A stretch of DNA of 64,000 nucleotides from Gemmatimonadaceae bacterium. GTDB taxonomy: Bacteria; Gemmatimonadota; Gemmatimonadetes; Gemmatimonadales; Gemmatimonadaceae. Shown piece by piece: positions 26,132 through 35,571 of this stretch. Location of the stretch: the NCBI GenBank assembly GCA_051859245.1, contig JBHYGA010000005.1, forward strand, positions 512,001-576,000, written 5' to 3'. The notes under the pieces were generated by a model. That model saw nothing but the letters and a program-made list of their open reading frames with translations, ran no database searches and was not told the DNA's origin. Position 1 is the first letter of the stretch. The number at the start of each line of letters is the position of its first letter. A program made the translations under genes and the position numbers.

Positions 26132-27976
26132 ATGAACGGCGCTGTTGCCGCTGCACCGTCGCGTGTCCGCGCGTGGAATGACGCCGAGTTGGCCGCGGCG
26201 TTGCTCGCGATTGATACGGGCGGGCTGGGTGGTGTGGTGCTTGATCATGCGTCGCACGAAGCCGCGCGCGAGTGGAACTTGTTGCTGGGTGCATGTTTGC
26301 CCGAAGGCGCACCAATGCGACGTGTGCCTGGCAGCGTAACGGACGACCGCTTGCTCGGCGGTGTAGATCTCGCGGCTACGCTCTCGACCGGACGGCTGGT
26401 GGTAGAGCAGGGTGTGCTCGCTGCGAGCAACGGTGGCGCGGTGGTATTACCCATGGCCGAGCGTGCTTCGGCGTCAGTGCTTGCCGCGCTTGTTGGTGTG
26501 CTGGATACACACACCGTGCGCGTTGAACGCGAGGGCATTGCCGCTGAGCATGCGGCGCGAATTGCGCTGGTGTGTTACGACGAAAGTTCAGATGACGAGA
26601 GCATCGCGCGTGCACTCACGGACCGACTCGCATTTCGCGTGACGGGCATGCAGCGGTTCAGCATTAGCGATGAAGCGCGCGAGTTGTTGGTGCGCGCGGT
26701 GCGTGATGCGCGTGAAACGCTGCATCGCGTAGAAGACGGCGCGACGTGGATTAATGCGCTCTGCGAACTGGCCGAAGCGTACGGTGTGGATTCCATGCGT
26801 GCGCCGATTTTTGCATGGCGAGCCGCGCGGGCACATGCCGCGCTGCACGGACGCGATGTGGTTACGGAGGACGATGCCACGGCCGCAGCGCGATTGGTGT
26901 TATTGCCGCGTGCTACGCGTATGCCTGCGCCGCCGCCGGAGCCCAGTGCCGAGCCGGAACAGGAGCCAGAGCCCGCGCCCGACAGTACGCCGCAGGAGGC
27001 GCAGGAGCAGACCCCACCGCCGCCGTCCGACTCGTCGCGCGATGACGAGACACCGCCGCCAGAATCGTCTCAGGAAGAAACGTCTGAAGACACACGCCCA
27101 CCCGTCGACATTCTGCGCGACGCCGTGACCGCATCATTGCCAGCGGGCGTGCTCGAACAGTTGCTCGCGCGCACCGCCGCCATGCGTGGTGTGCAGGGAC
27201 GGGTTGGTGAAGAAACCGTGAGCCTGCTACGCGGACGTCCGCGCGGCGCCAGGCACGGCATGCCACGTGGTGGTGCGCGATTGCACCTGCTCGAAACACT
27301 GCGCACCGCCGCTCCCTGGCAACGTGTGCGTGGCCGCACGGAACGCAGTGAACGGGTGCAACTGCGCAAAGACGATTTCCGCGTGCGCCGGTTTGTCGAA
27401 CGCACGGGCACCACAGTAATCTTCGTGGTGGATGCCAGTGGCTCGTCGGCGCTGGCGCGGTTGTCTGAAGCAAAGGGCGCGATCGAAATGTTGCTGGCCG
27501 AAAGTTATGCTCGGCGCGATCGGGTAAGCTTGATTGCGTTTCGCGGGAACGTGGCAGAAACGTTGCTGCCTCCCACGCGGGCACTCGCTCGTGCACGGCG
27601 TGTGCTGGCAGCCATGCCGGGTGGTGGTGGTACACCACTCGCGACCGCGATTGATACCAGCGTTGGCGCCGCACTTTCCGCGCAGCGCGCCGGTTCGTCA
27701 CCACTGGTGGTGTTCCTCACCGACGGTCGCGCCAACATTGCACGTGACGGTACACCGGGCCGACCCAAAGCCGGAGAAGACGCACTCGCCAGCGCCCGCA
27801 TGTTTGCGCAGCAGCGATTGAGTGCACTGTTCGTGGATACATCACTCAGACCAGATGCCACCACGCGTGCCATCGCCGACGCCATGCACGCGCGTTACGT
27901 CCTACTGCCGTCAGCCAACGGTGATGCACTGCGCGGTCTCGTGCGCGCGGTGCAGCAGCAAGCGGGTGACGCGTGA
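26132..27976 (+). CDS. bchD: Magnesium chelatase subunit D
   Basis: Degenerate AAA domain, Pro/acidic linker, vWA domain VDASGS...TDGRAN. Confidence 0.95.
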   Translation: MNGAVAAAPSRVRAWNDAELAAALLAIDTGGLGGVVLDHASHEAAREWNLLLGACLPEGAPMRRVPGSVTDDRLLGGVDLAATLSTGRLVVEQGVLAASNGGAVVLPMAERASASVLAALVGVLDTHTVRVEREGIAAEHAARIALVCYDESSDDESIARALTDRLAFRVTGMQRFSISDEARELLVRAVRDARETLHRVEDGATWINALCELAEAYGVDSMRAPIFAWRAARAHAALHGRDVVTEDDATAAARLVLLPRATRMPAPPPEPSAEPEQEPEPAPDSTPQEAQEQTPPPPSDSSRDDETPPPESSQEETSEDTRPPVDILRDAVTASLPAGVLEQLLARTAAMRGVQGRVGEETVSLLRGRPRGARHGMPRGGARLHLLETLRTAAPWQRVRGRTERSERVQLRKDDFRVRRFVERTGTTVIFVVDASGSSALARLSEAKGAIEMLLAESYARRDRVSLIAFRGNVAETLLPPTRALARARRVLAAMPGGGGTPLATAIDTSVGAALSAQRAGSSPLVVFLTDGRANIARDGTPGRPKAGEDALASARMFAQQRLSALFVDTSLRPDATTRAIADAMHARYVLLPSANGDALRGLVRAVQQQAGDA

Positions 27977-28875
27977 GCGACGCGGCCACCGTGCACACCG
28001 AACCGCTCGGCAGCGTGGACATCACGCCGCCGCGCTCCACGCGCCGCTCCTTCCTTGATCGCTGGCTGCCGCGCGGAACCGCGGCGCAAGTGATCTCTGT
28101 TCGTGAGACACCGGTGCGCGTGTTCGTGCGCTCGGTAACGTTCGTGGTGCTCTACTGGTGGCTGGCCACCGGCGCGATCTTCGCGCTCGAACGCAGCCCG
28201 GCCACCCGTGGTGGTGGACTGCTTCTCGCCCTGGTACTCGGCGCGATCGGCATCGTGCTGCTCGTGCGCGCACGTGATGACGCGTCACCAGTAGGCGCGC
28301 GCCGCTCATTCCTCGGCGGCGCATTCTTGTGGAGCCTGGTGCAGGTGTCGTTCTACGGCGGCTGGCTCGTTGGCCCGGTTGGACTCGCGCAGCATGTGCC
28401 CGTACAACAGCCGTCACTCGCCTTTGCAACACAAGCAGTGATCAGCATGCTGTGGTACCAACTCGCCATGCTCGCCACGCTCTGGCTGGCGTTCGCGATT
28501 ACGTGGGACCGCATCAATCGCACGGGCTGGTGGGCGCTGTCCGTGTTCTATACCACGCATCAACTTGCGTGCATCAGCATTTTCCTAGGTGTCGCAAACC
28601 CGGGGCGCGGATTTTTTCCGCAGCATCTGGTGTTTCTCGAATCGTACTTTGGGCCGGCACAGAACTCGCTGTTCCTGATTCTGTCGATTGTTGTGTTGCT
28701 CGCGCTCACGTTGACGCTCGCGATCAAGGCGCTGCGGAGCACGATGCCCATGCGGCGGCAGGGGCTCACGCTGCTCACGGTGCTGGGCACGCTCGGGGTG
28801 CTGGAGTTGCTGGTGCTGGGGCTCGCTGTGGAGCTGAATCTTTGGGATAGGTTCCTGGAGTTCCGCGGGTACTGA
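27973..28875 (+). CDS. Putative photosynthetic complex assembly membrane protein (PuhE/DUF3623-like)
   Basis: WWLATGAI, IFLGV.N....F.P.HL.FL.SYF, LGVLE..VL...LW. Overlaps the bchD stop. Confidence 0.7.
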   Translation: MSDAATVHTEPLGSVDITPPRSTRRSFLDRWLPRGTAAQVISVRETPVRVFVRSVTFVVLYWWLATGAIFALERSPATRGGGLLLALVLGAIGIVLLVRARDDASPVGARRSFLGGAFLWSLVQVSFYGGWLVGPVGLAQHVPVQQPSLAFATQAVISMLWYQLAMLATLWLAFAITWDRINRTGWWALSVFYTTHQLACISIFLGVANPGRGFFPQHLVFLESYFGPAQNSLFLILSIVVLLALTLTLAIKALRSTMPMRRQGLTLLTVLGTLGVLELLVLGLAVELNLWDRFLEFRGY

Positions 28876-28932
28876 GGTTGGTGCGATTGCAGTTCTCCGC
28901 GGGATGGTGCGTGGGTGGAATCGATACTGCCT

Positions 28933-29075
28933 GACCGCAGAGACGCAGAGTCGCAGAGACTGCATGTTGCGACGTGCAGCGACGCGTGATGCGAACATCA
29001 TCAATTGTTTTTTTGATTTGCTGCGACGCTGCTCAAACCAGCATGCAGTCTCCGCGCCTCTGCGTCTCTGCGGTC
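28933..29075. repeat. 34-bp inverted repeat (REP-like/bidirectional terminator) between convergent genes
   Basis: 28933-28966 vs 29042-29075 are 32/34 complementary. The arms are built from CGCAGAG units. Confidence 0.85.
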
Positions 29076-29182
29076 CATGCAGTTCCGAGGCCGGCCGGCG
29101 CACTTGACTCGCGGACCCGGTAACGGCCTCCGAAGTAAATGCAGTTTCCGTTCGCCGACCCAAAGCGCACCAGCGCAATCGA

Positions 29183-30433
29183 TCACTCGTGCCGGAGCGC
29201 CTCAATCGGATCCAGCCCCGCCGCTCTCCGTGCCGGCACCATCCCGAAAACAATGCCGATCCCAACGGACACCGCCACCGCGATGGCCGTCAACGAAAAC
29301 GGCACACCCGTATCCACATCAAGCAGCGTCGTGAGCAACCACCCGGTTGCGAGCCCGAGCAGAATGCCAATGAGCCCACCAATCCCCGTGAGCGTGGCCG
29401 CTTCCACGAGAAACTGTTCGAGGATGTCACGCCGCGTGGCCCCGACGGCTTTGCGCAATCCGATCTCACGCGTGCGACTGGTAACCGACACCATCATGAT
29501 CGCCATCACACCAATGCCGCCCACCATGAGTGCCACACCGGACAACACAATCATCACCAGAAAAAACACGCCGGTAATGTTGTTGAACGTGTCGAGAATC
29601 TGATCCTGCGTGACCAGATCAAACGTGCTCGGATTCGCCGGCCGCAGCCCACGACTCGCACGCAACTCCACCGTCACCGCCTCCTGCGCATCGGCCACCG
29701 TTACCGATTCGCGCGGCTTCACCGGAATCCAGAGCGCGTTGTTCTTGTCAATGCGAAACGAGCGTTCGAGATAGCGGAACGGTACAATCGCACCCGTTTC
29801 CTGACCCGGCGGCGCAAAGATATTGCCCGGCTCCTCCCACACACCGATCACTTGCACGGGGCGTCCGCCAATACGAACCCATTTGCCAATCGGCTGGATT
29901 TCACCGAACACGCGGTCTTTCACGTTCGCCTGCAACACGACAACTGGCGCACCACTCATGCTTTCGTTGCGTGTGAACCAGCGTCCCTCAACGAGTTCGC
30001 CGCCCTGAATAATCGGAAACCCTTCATCGGCGCCAAACACTGCCACACCTTGCGTGCGTGAACCTTCGTACTCAACACGCGCCAGCGTCTGCCCCCAGAG
30101 CGACGCATACTGCACTTCACTCAGGCGGCGAATTCGCTCGGCATCGTCTTCGGTGAGATCGGGGCGCACACGCACATACTCGGGCGGATTCTCCGGATTG
30201 ATAGGCGTCTGCGAAAAAATCTTGAGCACGTAAAACGTGCTCGGCCCGGCCACCTCAATCGTGTTCACAATCTGATCACGAATGCCTTGCACGATGGACG
30301 CCATCGTCATCACCGTGGCGACACCAATCACCACACCGAGAATGGTGAGCGCGGACCGCATGCGCGCGCCGAGGATCGCGGAGAACGCGATGCCGATGTT
30401 GTGCCGCAGTGAGCGCGGATGCCAGGAGGCCAC
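29183..30433 (-). CDS. MacB/FtsX-family ABC transporter permease (type B of pair 3)
   Basis: RSALTILGVVIGV, VGGIGVM.IMMVSVT.RTREIGLRKAVGA, LDPIEALRHE. GTG start at 30433 with GGAG. Confidence 0.92.
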   Translation of the reverse strand: MASWHPRSLRHNIGIAFSAILGARMRSALTILGVVIGVATVMTMASIVQGIRDQIVNTIEVAGPSTFYVLKIFSQTPINPENPPEYVRVRPDLTEDDAERIRRLSEVQYASLWGQTLARVEYEGSRTQGVAVFGADEGFPIIQGGELVEGRWFTRNESMSGAPVVVLQANVKDRVFGEIQPIGKWVRIGGRPVQVIGVWEEPGNIFAPPGQETGAIVPFRYLERSFRIDKNNALWIPVKPRESVTVADAQEAVTVELRASRGLRPANPSTFDLVTQDQILDTFNNITGVFFLVMIVLSGVALMVGGIGVMAIMMVSVTSRTREIGLRKAVGATRRDILEQFLVEAATLTGIGGLIGILLGLATGWLLTTLLDVDTGVPFSLTAIAVAVSVGIGIVFGMVPARRAAGLDPIEALRHE

Positions 30434-30435
30434 CG

Positions 30436-31680
30436 CTACTCCGCTTTCATGGCGCGAATGGGATCCAGCTTCGCGGCGCGTGCGGCTGGGTACACACCAA
30501 ACAACACACCAACCCCCGCGCCGAGCGACAGTGCGAGCGCAACAGACCACCACGTGACACGCGCTGGCAGTGGCGACACCGTGGCAATGATCCACGCGAG
30601 TGACCAGCCACCCAGCACACCGAGCAATCCACCAGCAACGGCGAGCATCACCGACTCGGCCAGGAACTGTTTGCGCACATCACCGGCGGTTGCACCGAGC
30701 GCCTTGCGAATGCCGATTTCGTGCGTGCGTTCACTCACCGACATCAGCATGATGTTCATGATCACGATACCGCCAACCACAATGCCAATACCCACCACAG
30801 CGGGCACAACGGCAAACAGCACAGACGTGAGCTGCTTCCAGAAGCTCACTAGCGCGTCGGAGGTGCTGAGCGAAAAATTGTTTGCCTCGCTGGGGCGGAG
30901 CTGCCGCGCCAGACGCATCGCTTCTTCGGCGCGTTGCATGGCCGGTCCGACTTCTTCAGCCGTGGCGAGCTTCACCGAAATCGTGGTCGCGTTTCGCCGT
31001 CCCCAGATCGCTTCGAAGGTGGTGATCGGCATGAGGACAAAGCCGTCGAATGACTGACCGAGTACCTGTCCTTTCGCCGACGTGACACCCACCACTTCGA
31101 AGGGACGCCCGCGAATGCGCACTTCCTGCCCGATGGGATCGAGTTCCTCGAACAGCTTCTCCGCGATATCACGCCCGATCACCACCACCGGACGGCGCTC
31201 ACGAATATCGAGCTCCTGCAACGGACGTCCGCGCTCAAATCGGTAGTCCTGTACCACCTGGAAATCGGGCGTTACACCAAACATGAGCGCACTGCCCAGT
31301 GTGCGACTGCGCCACTGCACATCGGCCACCGGGGTGGGATATCCGCTCTGCAGCGAGATCGCCATCGCATCGGGCAGCGCTTCGCGAACGGCCGCTGCGT
31401 CTGTTTCAGAAATGCGCGGAAAGCGCGCTGTACGGCGCAGCTCTTCGTCGTCGAACAAACCGAGGGAGATCGGCGACTTGCGCACTTGAAACGCGTTCAT
31501 GCCGATCATGGCGTCGGCAATGTTCTCCTTCACGTACGCGTTCATGCCCTGAATGATCGCCACGACCGCGACCAGAAACCCCACGGAGACGATGATGCCG
31601 AGCAGCGTGAAGAACGACCGCAGCAGGTTGGCGCGGAGCTGTCCAAACGCAAACCGCACGACATCATCGGGGCGCATCAT
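30436..31680 (-). CDS. MacB/FtsX-family ABC transporter permease (type A of pair 3)
   Basis: RSFFTLLGIIV, IVIMNIMLMSVSERTHEIGIRKALGA, YPAARAAKLDP. Confidence 0.92.
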   Translation of the reverse strand: MMRPDDVVRFAFGQLRANLLRSFFTLLGIIVSVGFLVAVVAIIQGMNAYVKENIADAMIGMNAFQVRKSPISLGLFDDEELRRTARFPRISETDAAAVREALPDAMAISLQSGYPTPVADVQWRSRTLGSALMFGVTPDFQVVQDYRFERGRPLQELDIRERRPVVVIGRDIAEKLFEELDPIGQEVRIRGRPFEVVGVTSAKGQVLGQSFDGFVLMPITTFEAIWGRRNATTISVKLATAEEVGPAMQRAEEAMRLARQLRPSEANNFSLSTSDALVSFWKQLTSVLFAVVPAVVGIGIVVGGIVIMNIMLMSVSERTHEIGIRKALGATAGDVRKQFLAESVMLAVAGGLLGVLGGWSLAWIIATVSPLPARVTWWSVALALSLGAGVGVLFGVYPAARAAKLDPIRAMKAE

Positions 31681-31735
31681 ACTTTGAAATTTAGCGAGTT
31701 CGCGGGCGATCGGTGGAGCCGCCGCGGCGCCAGTT

Positions 31736-31830
31736 GGTACGCCGCGTTATTCGTGCCGCAACACCCGTGGGTACGCCGCGTTATTCGTGCCGCAACACCC
31801 GTGGGTACGCCGCGTTATTCGTGCCGCAAC
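31736..31830. repeat. 34-bp tandem repeat, 2.8 copies
   Basis: GGTACGCCGCGTTATTCGTGCCGCAACACCCGTG at 31736 and 31770, plus 27 bp at 31804. The unit includes the permease's last codons and stop. Confidence 0.95.
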
Positions 31831-33080
31831 GCCTCAACCGGATCAAGCTTGGACGCCTTGAGCGCCGGCAGCATACCAAACGCGATGCCTGTGAGCGCAC
31901 TCGCGCCCAGCGCCACAAACACGGCACTCAGCGGCAACTGCGCCGGCAACGACGACACCGACCGGATCAGCCACGTCAGGCCGGCACCAATCAGGAGCCC
32001 GCTCGCCGCACCAATCAGCGTGAGTGTGGCGGCCTCCACCAGGAACTGCCACAGAATCGTGCCCCGCGATGCGCCCAGCGCTTTGCGTACGCCAATCTCG
32101 CGCGTGCGCTCCGTCACCGAAATCATCATGATGCCCACCACGCCCACGCCGCCCACGAGCAGCGCCACGGCTGACAGCGCCAGACCAACCGCGAAGATCG
32201 CACCAAAAAGCTGGTCAAACGTTTCGAGAATACGCTCCTGCGGAATCAGCTCAAAGTTGTTCGGTTGCGCCGGCTTGAGGCCACGCTGCGCGCGCAGCGA
32301 TGCCACCACGTCGTCCATCACCACATCACGCGGAATGCCAACGCGCGGCACCACGGCCAGTGACAATCCCGATCGAAACAGATCGAGATTCCGAATGGCC
32401 GAGTTGAGCGGAATGATCGCGCGCGGTGTGTCGGGGCCGCGCCCTTCGAGCGAACGAATGAAGCCCGCCTTCAGATTAAAAATGCCGATCACCATGAACG
32501 GCTGACCGTTCACGCGAATCTGTTTGCCGATTGGATCAAGCGTGCCAAAGAGTTGCGCACGCAGCGTGTCATTAATCAGCACCACCGGCGTGCCGGCATC
32601 ATGCTCGGCGGCCGTAAAGTTGCGACCGGGCTCAATGTCGGCGGCCGAAATGCTCAGCCAGTCGGGGCTCTGCGCGTCGTAGCCAATGTTCTTGAGTTGT
32701 TGGTCGCGAAACTCAAAGGTGCTCGCGCTGCCAATCGTGCCGATCACCGTTTCAACGGACGGCAACTGCCGCAGCGTTTGCCATTCGCCAAAACTCAGCG
32801 CGGGATTCTTGCGATCGGGGCAGGTGTCGTCTGTTCCGTCGCAGGCCTGAATACCAATGCCGCGCCTGGCTACCTGAAACGTTTCGGCGCCAATGTTCTT
32901 GAGGTCTTCTTCAAATGAGCGACGAATGCCATTCACGGCCGCGGCCATGGTGACCACCACAAACACGCCAATGGCCACACCGGCAATCGTGAGAAAGGCG
33001 CGAACCTTGTTGGTGCGAAGCGATTCGAGCGCAATGCTGACGCCTTCGAGCGCGGTAAAAATGCGCGTAGACAGTCTCAT
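31815..33080 (-). CDS. MacB/FtsX-family ABC transporter permease (type B of pair 2)
   Basis: VGGVGVVGIMMISVTERTREIG, LDPVEALRHE. Start MRLSTR at 33080. Confidence 0.92.
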   Translation of the reverse strand: MRLSTRIFTALEGVSIALESLRTNKVRAFLTIAGVAIGVFVVVTMAAAVNGIRRSFEEDLKNIGAETFQVARRGIGIQACDGTDDTCPDRKNPALSFGEWQTLRQLPSVETVIGTIGSASTFEFRDQQLKNIGYDAQSPDWLSISAADIEPGRNFTAAEHDAGTPVVLINDTLRAQLFGTLDPIGKQIRVNGQPFMVIGIFNLKAGFIRSLEGRGPDTPRAIIPLNSAIRNLDLFRSGLSLAVVPRVGIPRDVVMDDVVASLRAQRGLKPAQPNNFELIPQERILETFDQLFGAIFAVGLALSAVALLVGGVGVVGIMMISVTERTREIGVRKALGASRGTILWQFLVEAATLTLIGAASGLLIGAGLTWLIRSVSSLPAQLPLSAVFVALGASALTGIAFGMLPALKASKLDPVEALRHE

Positions 33081-33084
33081 GCTG

Positions 33085-34323
33085 TTACTCCTGTCGTAGC
33101 GCGGTAATTGGATCGAGCAGTGACGCGCGACTGGCTGGATACGCGCCCGCGAGAATGCCAACGCCTGCGCCCATGACCAGCGCTACACCAATGGCCCACG
33201 GTGCAACGGCCGCGGGCAAGGGAGTGAGCGTGGCAATGAGCTGCGCGAGTGCCAGGCCGAGTGCAATGCCAATGGCTGCACCCACAATGCTGAGTGTGGC
33301 CGCTTCGGCCAGAAACTGCGACATGATATCGCGCCGGCGCGCACCGAGTGCTTTGCGCACACCGATCTCGCGTGTGCGTTCGGCCACGGCCACGAGCATG
33401 ATGTTCATGATCACCATGGCGCCCACCACCAGACTGATCGCAGGCAACGCCGTGGCGAAAATGATCAGGCGTCCCTTGAGTTGTTCAATAAAGGCAAACG
33501 CGGCGTCTTGTGTGATCAATCCAAAGTTGTCGGTTTCGCCGGGACCGAGCTTGCGTGCCGGGCGCAGTGCTTCGCGCGCCAGTTCCATGTACGCGGCGAT
33601 CTCTTCCTGGGTGCGGCCTTCTACAATCAAGGAACCAATGTCGCCCCGCGGTCGCAGCACACGTTGCATGGGCGACGTGCGCGGTGCAATGGCGAGGCGA
33701 TCCAATGAGAAGCCGAATACACTGCCTTGTTCTTCGATGACACCCACCACGGTGTAGGGCGTACCGGCAATGCGCAGTTCGCGATCGATGGGGTCGAGTC
33801 CGTCAAAAAAGTGTTTGGCCACTTCACTTCCAATCACCACCACGCGCGCACCGGCACGCGCTTCCTGATCCAGAAACGTGCGCCCCTGCGCAATTACATA
33901 GTCTTTGATGTCGAAATACGACGCATCAGTGGCCACGGCCTGCACCTGACGTGGCCGCGCATTCGGCGATGACGCGTACAGAAAACTTTCGGTGACAATG
34001 GCCGATCGCACGCCTTCGGGCATGGCGGCGCGTACCACGTCGGCGTCGAGTGGCATGAGCGGCGGGCTGCGCAACTGATCGCGCACATCGCGTCCTCGAC
34101 CCTGCGGGCCAGTACTCGCAAACCGGCGCAGCGTGAACGTATTGCTGCCAATAAGACGACCGGCGAAATCTTCCTCGACATACTTGGCCATGCCCTCCAC
34201 AATGGAGACCACGGCAATGAGGAACATCACGCCGATCATCACGCCCAGGAGGGTAAAGACACTCTTGAGCTTTTGGACCCGAATCTGATTAAATGCGAGA
34301 CGGACAGCTTCGAGAAGGGACAC
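33085..34323 (-). CDS. MacB/FtsX-family ABC transporter permease (type A of pair 2)
   Basis: VIMNIMLVAVAERTREIG, YPASRASLLDP. Confidence 0.92.
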   Translation of the reverse strand: MSLLEAVRLAFNQIRVQKLKSVFTLLGVMIGVMFLIAVVSIVEGMAKYVEEDFAGRLIGSNTFTLRRFASTGPQGRGRDVRDQLRSPPLMPLDADVVRAAMPEGVRSAIVTESFLYASSPNARPRQVQAVATDASYFDIKDYVIAQGRTFLDQEARAGARVVVIGSEVAKHFFDGLDPIDRELRIAGTPYTVVGVIEEQGSVFGFSLDRLAIAPRTSPMQRVLRPRGDIGSLIVEGRTQEEIAAYMELAREALRPARKLGPGETDNFGLITQDAAFAFIEQLKGRLIIFATALPAISLVVGAMVIMNIMLVAVAERTREIGVRKALGARRRDIMSQFLAEAATLSIVGAAIGIALGLALAQLIATLTPLPAAVAPWAIGVALVMGAGVGILAGAYPASRASLLDPITALRQE

Positions 34324-34332
34324 GCGCGCGGG

Positions 34333-35568
34333 TTATTCGTGACGCAGCGCGACCACCGGATCGAGACGGGACGCGCGCAAGGCAGGCAACATGCCAAAAA
34401 GCACGCCAGTAATGACGCTCGCCGCAAGGGCTGCCACAACCGCCAGCGGGGGAACCGAGGCCGCAATGGGGCTGAACGAGCGGATGGCCACGGCGCCCAC
34501 CCACCCGGCCGCCAGTCCGATCACGACGCCAATGCCGGTGAGGGTAATGGCCTCTACCAGGAACTGCCACAGAATAGTGGCCCGCGTGGCGCCCAGCGCC
34601 TTGCGCACGCCAATCTCGCGGGTCCGCTCCGTTACCGAGATCATCATGATGGCCACCACGCCCACGCCGCCCACCAGCAGACCCACAGCCGAGAGGGCGA
34701 TCATCACCAGGAAGAACACGCCAAAGATGCTGTTGTAGGTGTCCAGTAGCTTGTCCTGGGTGATGATCGCGAATGACGATTCTTCGGCCGGACGCTGGCC
34801 GCGCAGTCCGCGCAGCGTGGCCGTGACCTGGTCCACCATGGCGTCACGCTCAACGCCGGCGCGCGGCTTCACGGCGAGCCCGATGTTGTCCATGCGTGCG
34901 CCGAGGTGCCGCGTGGCACTGTACACAGGCATGACCGCTTTGGGGCGGTCGCCGCCGCTGAGGAATGACGCCACATCTTTGTACACACCGATCACGCGGA
35001 ACGGCTTGCCGTTGAACTGCACCTCGCGGTCGAGCGGGTCGCCTTCATCGAACAGCTGTTCGGCCATTTTGGTGTTGATCACCACAACCCGCGCACCACT
35101 GGCCGCTTCGGAGGCCGTGAACGCGCGACCGGGCCAGATTTCCGGCGCGGAGAGCTCGGGCCATTCGGCGGAAAACGCTTCAATAGACGTGCCCTGCAAA
35201 CGCACGTTCCGGAAGCTCGCGTCGGCACTCCAATCAATGCGCATGCCCACCGCCTGCGCTTCCGGCAGCTGCTGCAGCGCTTCCACTTCGCTCACGCGAA
35301 TGGGCGGATTGCGCAGCCAGGCGCAGGTGTCGCCACTGCCGTCGCAGTTCTCAAACGAAATCGGATAGCGACTCACAAAAAATGTGGTTGGGCCGGCCGA
35401 TTCGAATTCCTTGGCCACGCTCATGTTGATGCCGTGCACCGCGGCCGCAATAAGCACCACTACGAACACGCCAATCGCCACACCCATAATGGTGAGCGCC
35501 GCGCGCACGCGATTCGCGCGCAGCGAACTGAGGGCGATCAGCACACCTTCTGCAATCGTGGTCAACAT
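34333..35568 (-). CDS. MacB/FtsX-family ABC transporter permease (type B of pair 1)
   Basis: VGGVGVVAIMMISVTERTREIG, LDPVVALRHE. Confidence 0.92.
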   Translation of the reverse strand: MLTTIAEGVLIALSSLRANRVRAALTIMGVAIGVFVVVLIAAAVHGINMSVAKEFESAGPTTFFVSRYPISFENCDGSGDTCAWLRNPPIRVSEVEALQQLPEAQAVGMRIDWSADASFRNVRLQGTSIEAFSAEWPELSAPEIWPGRAFTASEAASGARVVVINTKMAEQLFDEGDPLDREVQFNGKPFRVIGVYKDVASFLSGGDRPKAVMPVYSATRHLGARMDNIGLAVKPRAGVERDAMVDQVTATLRGLRGQRPAEESSFAIITQDKLLDTYNSIFGVFFLVMIALSAVGLLVGGVGVVAIMMISVTERTREIGVRKALGATRATILWQFLVEAITLTGIGVVIGLAAGWVGAVAIRSFSPIAASVPPLAVVAALAASVITGVLFGMLPALRASRLDPVVALRHE

Positions 35569-35571
35569 GGA

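Noticed and set aside
31736..31830. CRISPR array
   Set aside because: The units are contiguous and identical with no unique spacers, they derive from the gene end, and no cas genes are in the window.
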